A DNA stretch of 63,394 nt, filler included, from Octopus bimaculoides (lineage: Eukaryota), in assembly GCF_001194135.2 (NCBI RefSeq). It is 4 parts of 2 records of this genome, joined end to end, with 100 filler letters (N's around TTAATTAATTAA, not from the genome) between each part and the next. Parts side by side here need not be neighbours in the genome. Positions count along the whole stretch, not along the records: positions 49,323 to 61,408 come from NC_068982.1; positions 61,509 to 63,394 come from NC_068982.1; 2 more parts are not named here. One strand, given 5' to 3'. Positions 52,070 to 63,394 of this stretch are shown piece by piece. Position numbers and translations under genes: made by a program. Under the pieces are notes generated by a model. It was not told where the DNA came from, did not search any database, and saw nothing but the letters and a program-made list of their open reading frames with translations. Each line of letters opens with the position of its first letter. Positions within the stretch are counted from its first letter, which is position 1.

Positions 52070-52412
52070 CAGGGGTTTTCAAACTGTGGTCCGCAGACCA
52101 CAGGGGGTCCGCAAGGACAAGACAAAGGGTCCGTGAACAGCAAATACTTTTTATTGGCAATTTGATTTTATATATGTTTTTTAATCGAAATCTTTTAATT
52201 GACTATAAACCTGTTAAATACTGTTAAATACTGTTAAATACTGTTAAATACTGTTAAATACTGTTAAATACTGTTAAATAAATAAATGTAAAAATATATG
52301 TTATTTTAAGCAAATATTTATGTATAAATTTCATAAGCGTTTATAAGGGGGTCCTTAAGGTAAAGTCTGAAATATAAAGGGGTCCGCAAGTCAAAAAATT
52401 TGAAAGCCCCTG
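52070..52412. mobile_element. hAT MITE, same family as 37015-37331, opposite orientation
   Basis: TIR CAGGGGTTTTCAAACT / ATTTGAAAGCCCCTG; TSD GTCCAACT / GTCCAGGT; contains (CTGTTAAATA)x7 at 52211-52280. Confidence 0.88.
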
Positions 52413-53064
52413 GTCCAGGTGGTGTGTGTATGTGTAAGTGTGTATAAGTGTGTTTGTGTGTGTTATATTTGTCAGGGCGCTGTGTGTGTGTGTGTGTCCA
52501 TGTGTAAGCATGTGTATATGTGTTACGTTTGTCAGGGTGGTGCGCATGTGTGCGTGTGTGTGTGTATGTGTGCGTGTGTTGCGTTTGTTAGGGTGGTGTG
52601 TGCGTGTGCATGTGTGTGTTTTTGTATTAATCGGGGCGGTGTGTGTATATGTGTGTGTTATTTGTATTTCTCAGGCCGGTGTGTGTGTATGTGTGTTTGC
52701 CACGCTGGTGTGTGTGTGTGTTTGTGTGCACGTGTATGTGTGTGTGTGCCTGTGTATGTGTGTATATATGTGCGTGCCTGTGAGTGTTTGTTGCGACGGT
52801 TAAATTGTATTGCGTGCATATGAGTGTGTTTTTCTGGGGAATGGGGATATTGTGTTTGTGTGCGTGTGAGGGTTGTATTGTATTTGCGTGTATGTATCTG
52901 TGTATGTGTCTGTGTGTGCGCATGTATGAGTGTGTGTATATGGGTGTATATATGAGTGTATCTGTGTGTGTTTGTTGTGGATGTGTGTTCCTGGGAGATA
53001 GGGATATTGTGTTTATGTGTGAATGCGTATATGGGGAGTGCATGTGTGTAGGAATTAGAATACT

Positions 53065-53448
53065 GCCTTAGTGGCTGATGATATGTGCATCTCTGATCAC
53101 GAGCAGATAAAGTGGGGGAGCATAATACCCATGAGTTGAGAGGAATTCTTTGGAGTTTGGATAATTCACCTCTGGAAACAAGGGTGTTTCATTCAACATC
53201 CGTAAACAACCCTTATTCAGGGACCTTTTGAGCAGGATGGGCTACTCAACCTGAAGAAAATTCTCACTGGGCCCCACCTGTAAGGTTATGCGCTGTTAAT
53301 CTTCATATAAGATCACCTTGTCGTGCACATATAGTTGTGATGCGTATGCCTGGTGTTCCCTTATCAGACGGGTAGCCATGATGGGTATACTGGGCTTCGT
53401 ATATTTTATCCCAGTGTCACTTTGATGGCATGCACTGCTCTCTCACTC
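53065..53448 (+). mobile_element. Retroposon 3' fragment (family 5, likely a LINE 3' UTR) with GAT/AAT tail
   Basis: Ends CTCTCTCACTC followed by a trinucleotide tail; second copy at 53947-54157. Confidence 0.7.
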
Positions 53449-53449
53449 A

Positions 53450-53487
<38 letters not shown>

Positions 53488-53946
53488 AATAATAATGATA
53501 GTAATAATACTAATAATAATGATGATGATGATGATAATAATAATAGTAATAGTAATAGTGATAATATTAATAATAATAATAATAGTAATAATAATAATAA
53601 TATTNNNNNNNNNNNNNNNNNNNNNNNNNNNNNNNNNNNNNNNNNNNNNNNNNNNNNNNNNNNNNNNNNNNNNNNNNNNNNNNNNNNNNNNNNNNNNNNN
53701 NNNNNNNNNNNNNNNNNNNNNNNNNNNNNNNNNNNNNNNNNNNNNNNNNNNNNNNNNNNNNNNNNNNNNNNNNNNNNNNNNNNNNNNNNNNNNNNNNNNN
53801 NNNNNNNNNNNNNNNNNNNNNNNNNNNNNNNNNNNNNNNNNNNNNNNNNNNNNNNNNNNNNNNNNNNNNNNNNNNNNNNNNNNNNNNNNNNNNNNNNNNN
53901 NNNNNNNNNNNNNNNNNNNNNNNNNNNNNNNNNNNNNNNNNNNNNN

Positions 53947-54157
53947 ATGGGCTACTCGGCCTGAAGAAAATTCTAACTGGGCCCCACCTGCAAGGTCATG
54001 CGCTGTTGATCTTGATATGAGATCACCATGTCGCGCACATATGGTTGTGATGCATGTGCCTGGTGTACCCTTATCAGACGGGTAGTCATGGTGGTATAAC
54101 GGGCTTCGTATATTTTACCCCAGTGTCACTTTGATGGCATGCACTGCTCTCTCACTC
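53947..54157 (+). mobile_element. Second family 5 copy with (AAT)n tail
   Basis: Collinear with 53237-53448. Confidence 0.75.
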
Positions 54158-54206
<49 letters not shown>

Positions 54207-57200
54207 TCACGTTTATAAATCCCAACACCTCTTCGCCTATTGCTGCCAACGGTGGGCCACAAATCTGTTTTTCACACAGACTGCGGCTCACCGCTAGCAG
54301 CAATAGGTGAAGGGTTACTTGCATTTTTGAGAATCTCAATGTAAAGGCCGTCTGCTTTGAACAATTATTCAAGCTAACATTTTCTTTCTAGAGATGATCT
54401 CTGTTCGTGGAGAGGGCAGCCATGTTATCCTTATAGTCAGGATCTAAATTGGAAGAAAATCGTTCACTAGAATGCTCTGGGATTATTTGATGTGATCTTA
54501 CACATGATGAAGCCGATGATGGCGGTGGTGATGATGATGATGATGTCACAAATCAAATTTCTGCAATTACTCACGCCCAGGTATCTGTTAATAGGAAAAT
54601 GGCTATCAATCTTCTCTTGGAAAGCAAATAACGGTGTACGCGTAATCATGTAATGTAAACGATGCTCATAAGATTCATGCACACTCGTAATTTTTCCCCT
54701 AAAATTAGTCTTTATATGATAAACGCGCTTTGAAGAGAGACATCCCTAAATTTTCAAAAATAATGTTGATTTGATTTTTAAAAAGTGTTTATCTTATTAG
54801 AATAATGTTTGGAAGTATCACATGAACGTCGTTTACATTACACGTACATAATTATTTGGCACTATCGGAAAAGGTTGATATCCATAGAGGCCAATAGTAA
54901 TTTGGGCTGAATGGCAAGGTGGACATTATTGTTAAAGGTTGATTTGTGCATGAATTCACACTATCCCACTACAACAGCCGCCATCAACATTATCATCGTC
55001 ATGATCATATAACTACCATCATCTCGTCCCACTTCTCTTTATCATTGCTGTCGCCTTCATCGTCGTCATTATCATAGTTTGTTGTGAGTAGTTGCAGTAT
55101 GTATATCACAAAGAGTTCTGTAATCATTTATGCAAAAACGTGAAATTAGCCTGAGAGAAAGTCATAAAGGCACCGTCTTTTGTTATATGCTTAGGTTCTA
55201 GAATAAATGTATTTATACGTGACTAAATAAGGAAGATCTAATGAGATTATGGCTCTGCCAAGAAAATGTCTAAAATTTATTAGCCCAGTAACTCTATTTC
55301 AGCTTGAATTATGGCAGAAGCATGCCTTTTAGAGATATGTTTCAAATATAGCGATTATATATCTGATTTCAAGTTTTATGATACTTATCTGCATTATTAT
55401 AGGCGAGTGCGTACATCTTTTCAATGCATTATTGTAAGAAACCCAAACAAATAATTTCTGATTCGTGTAACTGATACGGGAACAAACCAATTATATTGTT
55501 TGGCTTCACAAATGACTGATATTTCGTTATTTTTTCAGATAAATAGTCAGGTATTAGTAGAAAAACTTAGGGTGGTCAATAACAAGGTGTTCTTACAATT
55601 TCTTTGCTTTCACGCAAAAGAATAAATCGAAAGACATTTTCAATCACTTATCTTCTATCCTATTATTTAAATACATTATGTGAATATTAGCTGCCAGCAA
55701 GTATTATATACCTAGTCACAACAGAATCAAAAACATTTTCTATGAAATTAATACCAGTGACCTTTTCTCCTGTGCGTATCGTATAATCACATAAACGTAA
55801 AATTCGCAAAGACTGCATGGGTGAAGATATCCTTCACAGCATGTGGTTTAATTCGTTTTTCAAGTCACTCTCTAATAATTTGAAGTTTGCGTGTTAAAAT
55901 GTTTGGCTGCAAAATCTCGTTTCGACTATTAGTTTTATGGTCAAATTTGAAAAGTTATGTAGTGATTATCTTACTGATTTAGTTATTAGCCACTGTCTTA
56001 AAGCAGTTATTCATCACTATCTTAGAAACCATTGAAATGTTTAACTTGATTTTAGAGGAGTGGGTTGCTTAAATGTTAGTAATTCTGTTAATCCAGTCAC
56101 ATTTTAAAGTCATCGTCTTAATTATATCAAGTTTAACAATCATGAAACTGGATATTAGATTTCTAACCGTTAGTATTCCGCACAGGAATATACTTGAGAG
56201 AATACCCTTTGAAGCTAAAGTTTATAGACTTTAAAATGTTAGTGTAGATCTATATATTTCATGCAAACAGCTTTAGAATACACACTGTAGCTATGTCGGC
56301 ACACAAATAGACGTAAGAAATAAATAAAAAAGTGACGATAATTTGAAATTATTGATTTGAGTTTCCCTGAAACTTTTCGAAATGGAAATGATATTTGTCA
56401 GTTCATTCAAATGAGCTTTTAATGGCTTGTGAATGTAATAAAGTAGGTTAGAGACTTTGTGATTTAGTGACTTCTTAATTACTTACTTCGTCATAAGCCA
56501 CAAGTCTTGGTTGCTGGATTGGGAAGCAACACTAATTACTGGCTTCTCTGACAACAGACCTGGTCTAAATGCTAGCGACAGAGTGGACTCTGTGACAGGT
56601 ACCCAAGGAGCAAGGTGGTAATGTTGAAACAAACAACAAATTGAGTCTACAAGTAGGATATAGTTGAGTTTGGACTCAGAACACAAACAACTAGAACAAA
56701 TATCGCAAGTTATCTGATCCAACGTTCGTAAAATTCTGCTCTAGATTGATATTTTTTTTTAGATGTCTTTATATGAAAAAAAATTCTTTTATCACCCTTT
56801 AGTTTCCTATTTTTTCTTTCAGTTTCTGTAGAGGAAGAGTTGGAGTTGAAAATATTCAAAGAAATAATGTTTCAAATATTTTTCAAAATTAATTTTGACT
56901 ATAAATTACCATATTGCTTAAGCATTTCTCATCAATTTCACACAGTGGCTACAATTGCTAAGCAACTTTGATATCGCAAATGAAAGTTAGTCAATCGTGA
57001 AGTAGTTTCATAAAGTCCATTGAAAAACCCATTTATTTTTCTTTCTTTTATTCAGAGCACGAATAAGAAAGTATCTAATGAACATAGTCTTCTACGTCTA
57101 TTTATTTCATCTTTTAATCAATTGCAGATGAAAGCTGCAGCTATGAAGACAGTGATTGTCATGCAAAATTCATTCACCTACCGTTTCAGTGTCTCATCTT

Positions 57201-57679
57201 TTCTCGTATGAACATATGTGAATAATTTAATTGAAAGATAGCAGACTAGATGACGGAAGAGGTGTTCTAGAATTGACTGCAGAAAAAGATATCTGAGAAA
57301 CAGAGAAAAACAAAACTATATTAAAAAAAATGTTGGATGTTTCATTTACTTAGTGCCAACCAATCAAATAACCAGAATGTTAACTTAGAAAGATGGGTTA
57401 CGTCGGAGCGTATAAAATAACATTTAAAATCAGTACTTAGACATCTTTTGATTACTTAGCAATGCTTTTAGGAAGAAAGCTTTCATTTGATTTCATTATT
57501 TCCTTTTATAAAGGTTTACTTTGTCTTTTCTTTCTCTTATTTTTACAGAGATTTTGTCAAATACATTATTGTCATTATTACATTGAGATGTAACTTCTTG
57601 GTTGCTATTTGAAAGTGACCGAACACTACTTATTCCTTAAAGATGCAAGCCTTATGGCCAATGATAACTTATTATTACC

Positions 57680-57895
57680 TTAGGATGGTGGGTTGGTAGA
57701 AGTGTTGGGGCGTCGGGAAAAAATATTTTGCAATATTTGTTCTGGTTCACTGAAATGTATTTCCACCGAGGTCAGCTATGGCTTTCATCTTTTGAGGGTA
57801 TATATATAATAAATATCAGTTGAGTTCTGGGATCGGTGTAATCATTTATCTTCTCCCACCTAATATTGCTGTCTTTACTCCAAAATTTGAATCAT
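57680..57895 (+). mobile_element. Old SINE family 3 copy directly upstream of a family 1 copy
   Basis: CCACCGAGGTCAGCTATGGCTTTCATCTTTTGAGGG body and CCAAAATTTGAATC tail. Confidence 0.6.
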
Positions 57896-58049
57896 AGGTG
57901 CAGGAGTGACTGTGTAGTAAGTAGTTTGCTTACCAACCACATGGTTTTAGGTTCAGTCCCACGGCATGGCACCTTGGGCAAGTAACTTCTACTATAGCCT
58001 CGGGCCGACCAAAGCCTTGTGAGTGGACGGAAACTGAAGGAAGTTCGTC

Positions 58050-58122
<73 letters not shown>

Positions 58123-58322
58123 TGTGTGTCTGTGTTTGTCCCCCCACCATCGTTCGCTTGACAACCGATGTTGGTGTGTCTACGTCCCCGTGACTTAGCG
58201 GTTCGGCAAAAGAGGCCGATAGAATAAGTACTAGGCTTACAAAAGAATAAATCCTGGGATCGATTTATTCGACTAAAGGCGGCGCTCCAGCATGGTCGCA
58301 GTCAAATAACTGAAACAAATAA
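57896..58322 (+). mobile_element. SINE family 1, full length with expanded internal (TA)n (58050-58118)
   Basis: Collinear with 35503-35930. Confidence 0.9.
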
Positions 58323-58334
58323 AAAAATTATGTT

Positions 58335-58545
58335 AGGGTAGTGCATTGCTAGAAGAATTAGAACACCAGAAAGAAAAACACAAATGCCTTGTGGTTCTTG
58401 ATTTTTTTAACGTTCTGAATTTAGTTTCCGCTGAGGTCAAATTTGCCTAGCTTTATTTTTTTGTCGATAAAATGAAGTACTGGGGTCAACTGATTCTCCT
58501 CCACTTCTACAAATTTTGGGCCTTGTGTCAGTGTTAGAAATTTCT
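58335..58545 (+). mobile_element. Old SINE family 3 copy directly downstream of the family 1 copy
   Basis: CCGCTGAGGTCAAATTTGCC..GTCGATAAAATGAAGTACTGGGGTC..GGCCTTGTG. Confidence 0.65.
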
Positions 58546-58759
58546 GCTAAGAACCTCCGTTGTTGTAATTATTTAACCTCCAATCTGCCATGATCGAACT
58601 AACTTAAAGTAAAAAGCGTTCCAACCGTGATCATCACGTCTTATTTTCAGATATTGAATATATAGGTCTTAATTATCTAAGAAGGATATCTATATATTCA
58701 TTGTGCAATTTGTTCCACCCTCTAGAATATTTAGTGTAAAAGCTACATCATTGGTACGT

Positions 58760-59330
58760 CGACCACCTCCACATTCTTAATGTATGTGCAACAATGATTA
58801 TCTTCCTGTAAGTAGAACTGTGTTTGTATGCTACACCTATGGTTATTTTATTGTGGAGTTTCTTTTATGGTTTTAGTGTTTCGTTAGTGATTATTATTTT
58901 CATGAGCTTCTTTTCATTGCATACTTTTTCATTGCATTATTGACCGCAGTTTTGCACATCTCAGAAATGCATAATGTTTCGTATTGTTTTTGTATCTTTT
59001 ATTGTTTTTGAAAGCTATGTGGTGTGTACCGTTCTTTGTAATGCTATTTTCTGTATGTTGTGCATATTGCAAACTTGGCTATATGCCTGCATGTCTTGCA
59101 ATCATTCTCCAGGCACCTATTATTGTAGAGATTGTTTCTATTTTTAATCCGAACATACTGGAATTCTTTGTTTCCATGAATGTACAATAGAGTATCTGGA
59201 TTCAATAGTAATTTCAAAACGAGTATGGGAGTAGAAAGATGTGCCAATGTTTTTCTAAGAAGCGATGAATTACTTAACACCAAAAATATTAAGTTATGTT
59301 TGGACATTGAACTGATATTCAGTATCAACA
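58760..59330 (-). mobile_element. Possible Penelope-like GIY-YIG region remnant
   Basis: Minus strand RCLENDCKTCRHI followed by a degenerate NI..F..C.NCG; heavily decayed. Confidence 0.35.
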
Positions 59331-59419
59331 TTTTTAAATGTTAGCAAAATTGAAGCAAAGCGTATATCTGCAGTCGGGAAGGAAAATCAACAATGAATAT
59401 ATTGGAGTACCTTTACCTT

Positions 59420-59656
59420 TTACACATTTCAGCCATTAGACTGCGGCTATGCTGGGGCACCGCCTTGAAAACTTTTTAGTCGAAAGAATCGACATCTGTA
59501 CCTATATTCTTTTATATTAAGACTGATACTTATTCTATTTTCTCTAAGCCGAACTGCAAAGTTACAGGGACGTAAAGACATCAATACCGGTTGTCAAGCA
59601 GCGGTGGTGGGGGACAAACACCGACACACACACACGGTCACACAGACACAGACACA

Positions 59657-59696
<40 letters not shown>

Positions 59697-59855
59697 ACGG
59701 ATTTCTTTCAGTTTCCGTCTATTAATTCCACTCACAAGGCTTTGGTCAGCCCGAGGCTATAGTAGAATACACTTACCCACAGTGCCACGCAGTAAGACTG
59801 AACCCAGAACCATGTGGCTGGGAAGCAAGCTTCTAAGTACACAGTCACGTCTGTT
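59420..59855 (-). mobile_element. SINE family 1, full length. Further partial copies at ~59965-60230 and ~40330-40670
   Basis: Reverse complement collinear with 35503-35930; internal (CA)n. Confidence 0.85.
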
Positions 59856-60984
59856 AAAGAAACACTAACGCCACAAAAGAAACCTCACAACAAAATAAGT
59901 GTAGCATACAAAGTTTTATTTTCAGGGATGTAACCACGGCCGCACAAACTTTAGTGAAGGTTTTTTCTACTTGTTTCAGTCATTTGACTGTGAACATGCT
60001 GGGGCAGCACCTTGAAAAGTTAGTTGAATAAATCGGTCCCAGTACTTATTTTTAAGCCTGGTACATCTCTTGGTCTCTTTTATCGATCCGCTAAGTTAAG
60101 ATAAAAACAAACCAATGTCATTTGTGAAGCAGTAGAAGCGGACAAATCTAAACACACACGCGCACACACACACCTACGCGCACGCGCCGGGTTTCTCCTA
60201 GTTTCAGTTTACCAAATCCACACGAATGACCACATGAATGGGAAACATGCTTCATAAGCACACAACCACGCCTATATTTAATAAAATATAAAGAGAAGGG
60301 AATGGAAAACTGGAAAGAAAACGAGTTAAATGGAATATTTGTCAGCAGACAGAAAATATACAATGGCTGGAGCGATAAGAATACCTGAAAGATGCAGGCT
60401 TCAACAGAAATAAATCTTGTTCATGACTGAGCAAGAACAGAGGTTTGTTAGAAAATGAGCAACAATACAAACCACTGAGATCGCTGTACTCGTTTAGCCC
60501 CGTCTCAATTTTTATTGACTAGGACTATGATCAAATTGTACTCAAATCTTTCTCTCGTGCTTTTTAAGAGTAGAAGGGCCCATTCCTTACAGATGAAGGT
60601 CAGGTGTAATTGGAAAGAAATTTGGCTGATATTTCTTGCGGGTCGAGTGATCATATAGGAGTTCGCTCTCGTTGGCAAGATAGTAAGTATCGGACATAAA
60701 ATATATCAAGCTATCAATTATATTGTAGTAAAATGTCGCACAATAAAGTAAGTTCGTGATAGGTGAGGCGGAAAAAAAAACTGGCAGGCTGTTTAGAAGA
60801 AAAATACGAGAGTTACAAGAAGGGGATTTTTATCGAAAGTAACTGAAGGAGAAACCTAGGTAATATATAATCAAGTTAGATACATAGCAAAAGTTACAAG
60901 ATAATTGATTTTGCTATGTTCTTTTGCAGCCGAGTAGGAACGAAATGGAAAAGAAGAAACTGCAAATTGTCTGGTGCTGTACCA

Positions 60985-61342
60985 AAAGAGAATGAAAGAT
61001 AACGTCAACGGAACTTGAACTCAGATGTAAAGCCTGAAGAAATGCCACTAAGCACTTTATCCAGTGCGGTAACAATTCTACCAGCTCGCCGGTCTTAATT
61101 AATTAATTAATTAATAAATAATAATAATAATAATAATAATGATAGTCCTTTCTATTATAGGCACAAGGCCTGAAATTTGTGTGGTGGGAGTAAGTCGATT
61201 ACATCGACCTCAGTGCGTAACTGGTTCTTATTTAATCGAACCCGAAAGGATGAAAGGCTAAGTCCACCTCAGCGGAATTTGAACTCAGAACGAAGCGGAA
61301 GACGAAATACCGTTAAGCATCTCACCCGGCGTGCTAACGATT
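60985..61342 (-). mobile_element. Two tandem SINE family 3 copies (60985-61095 old and partial; 61140-61342 near-complete) embedded in (AAT)n
   Basis: Head GGCGGCGAACTGGCAGAATCGTTAGCACGCCGGG, body TTTCATCCTTTCGGGTTCGATTAAATAAG, tail CCTTGTGCCTATAATAGAAAGG. Confidence 0.88.
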
Positions 61343-61359
61343 CTGCCAGTTCGCCGCCC

Positions 61360-61408
<49 letters not shown>

Positions 61409-61508
61409 NNNNNNNNNNNNNNNNNNNNNNNNNNNNNNNNNNNNNNNNNNNNTTAATTAATTAANNNNNNNNNNNNNNNNNNNNNNNNNNNNNNNNNNNN
61501 NNNNNNNN
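61409..61508. other. Artificial 100-bp join: 44 N + TTAATTAATTAA + 44 N
   Basis: 12-mer at 61453-61464. Confidence 0.9.
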
Positions 61509-62805
61509 TCCCTTTTTTTTTCGTTTTCGATGATGTGCTTGGAAAAACAAACTTTAATCAAAAATAAGAGACAAACTTTATTTTTCCTTAAGCTGTAACT
61601 ACGATTTCAATAAATAAATTAATTCACTGGCTTTTATTCTTTTTCACCAAATAATATTTCAATAGTCATCGGCCTCTTATCTAAATTATGAAATCATAAT
61701 AGATATATATCGAAATGGTCAAACGGAATATAGAGTAAAGGAAAAAATTTGTCAAATATATTATCTTCTTTTAATTTTCAGTGCTGTACAATAATTATTG
61801 AAATTACGTCATAACAGTGCACCTTTCAAATTCTCGAAGATCTCTTTTGTTTCGTGAAATACTTGAAATAATGTGGCGGACGGACAGAGAAACATGATTT
61901 TTATTATAATCTAGATTACATTTAAAACTAAAGCATAACTATTTTGTTTGCCGTAAAAGAGTATGAGAACTATTGGTACAGAGGATCCAGCGTTGGAGTG
62001 GTTCCATAGTTCTGTGTATATTTGGATAAATTTGTATGCGTGCATCTGTGTTTGTTAGAATGCGTTTCTATGCATGTGTTTCTATGTCTGTTTGCGTATG
62101 AGTATTTGAGTATATGTGTGTTTCACTATGTATGTGTTTGAATATGTATTTGATTGTACGGATGCGCCTATTTCTTCATGTGTGTTTGTAATATCTAACT
62201 GTCTGTCCGTATGGTCACAGTCACCATCAGCACCACTCCATTACCACCAACACCATTCTATCACCATTAACATCGCAACCACAGCCACGACCACGACCAC
62301 GATAACGACCACCACAACAACCACCACTACCACCACGACCACCACTCTACAACCATAGACATCACGACTAAAAACCACTACCACTACCACTACCACTGCC
62401 ACCACTACAACTACCACCACTATCACAATTATCTCCACCACCACCTCTACCACCGCCGCCACCGCCATTACCATCACAGACGCCGCCGGTCAAATTATGA
62501 ACGTTTATTCACCTTTAAACATTGTCAATAAAATAAACGCTGTAAAGAGGAAAAAATGTTGCATTGGGAAAAGAGAAAGAGAGTGAGAGATACAAAAAGA
62601 GGGGGAGAGAGGGAGAGGGAGAGCGCGTGGACAGCGAGATCCCATAATTACGACTACTTAGGGGAGATGTAATATCTGTATAGGGTGAGGGGAGAGGAAA
62701 TGGGTAAGAAAGAACTGAAAATGGGTTGGTTTCTGGTTGGAAGTGGCGACTATAATGGGTCATAAATGACGGTGGTTATGTCTCGACTTCTTTCACTGTC
62801 TCTCT

Positions 62806-62832
62806 AGCAATCAGTGAGTCACGTGATTGGTG
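62806..62832. promoter_or_regulatory. Overlapping AP-1 (TGAGTCA), E-box (CACGTG) and CCAAT (ATTGG) motifs; possible promoter
   Basis: TGAGTCACGTGATTGG at 62815-62830 in non-repetitive, CpG-containing sequence. Confidence 0.3.
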
Positions 62833-63146
62833 CACACAGTCGCCCGCGATAGTCATAAAACTTAGCGCCATATTTATGATGGGTTTGTGTAGTAATTCGG
62901 TTGGCGAGTTCTTTGGCAACTTACCGATATAAGTGACAAATTCGCTGAGGAGATTACTACTACAACGACAACAACTATAAATTCATTGAATGTTCGCCTG
63001 TAGTGGACGTCTATATATTGGTTGAGAATATATTGTTTGTTAACTGTAATTTAAAGTGTGTGTGTATGTATATATGAAGATATTTTTGTATCTATCTATA
63101 TAACTCTCCTCCTCTCTCTCGCCCTCTCTCACTCACACTATATATA

Positions 63147-63221
<75 letters not shown>

Positions 63222-63341
63222 TAGACACACACGTGTATACATATATGTAAAAATATGTATTTATATGTATATAATTATGTATATCTATCTATTACTCTGA
63301 GTAATAACAATTTGTGATTATTTTTTCCATTTTAATAAAAT

Positions 63342-63394
<53 letters not shown>

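Noticed and set aside
53353-54085. Poly-D/N and poly-M/I ORFs; also Thr/Val-rich ORFs at 48026 and 62241
   Set aside because: Translations of trinucleotide microsatellites.
56485-56600. Candidate exon with a perfect minus-strand GTAAGT donor
   Set aside because: Several competing acceptors and frames on both strands and no recognisable peptide; cannot be supported.

Overview
AT-rich, repeat-saturated animal genomic DNA from a gapped short-read assembly. The SINE families and the density of (AT)n/(CA)n/(GATA)n arrays look like a cephalopod, most likely Octopus; this is inferred from pattern recall, not from a search. I see no intact protein-coding gene, rRNA, true tRNA or CRISPR array. Nearly all long ORFs in the track are translations of microsatellites or N-gaps. 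Contents: (1) at least four tRNA-derived SINE families in many copies; (2) decayed LINE pieces (L1/Tx1, RTE, R4/Dong, Penelope) and a Gypsy RT remnant; (3) Tc1/mariner and Tigger-like remnants and hAT-type MITEs with 8-bp TSDs; (4) rolling-circle elements, namely a Helitron Rep remnant (-), a Helitron PIF1 helicase remnant (+), a duplicated Helitron 3' end and a complete Helentron-type non-autonomous element whose empty site is preserved in a nearby paralogous duplication. Three identical 100-bp spacers (44 N + TTAATTAATTAA + 44 N) are artificial joins that split the window into four pieces of uncertain adjacency. A few small splice-site-bounded candidate exons hint at a host gene, but none could be identified. 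I found no convincing novel biological system; the best observations concern element nesting, microsatellite targeting and the birth of repeats from transposons.
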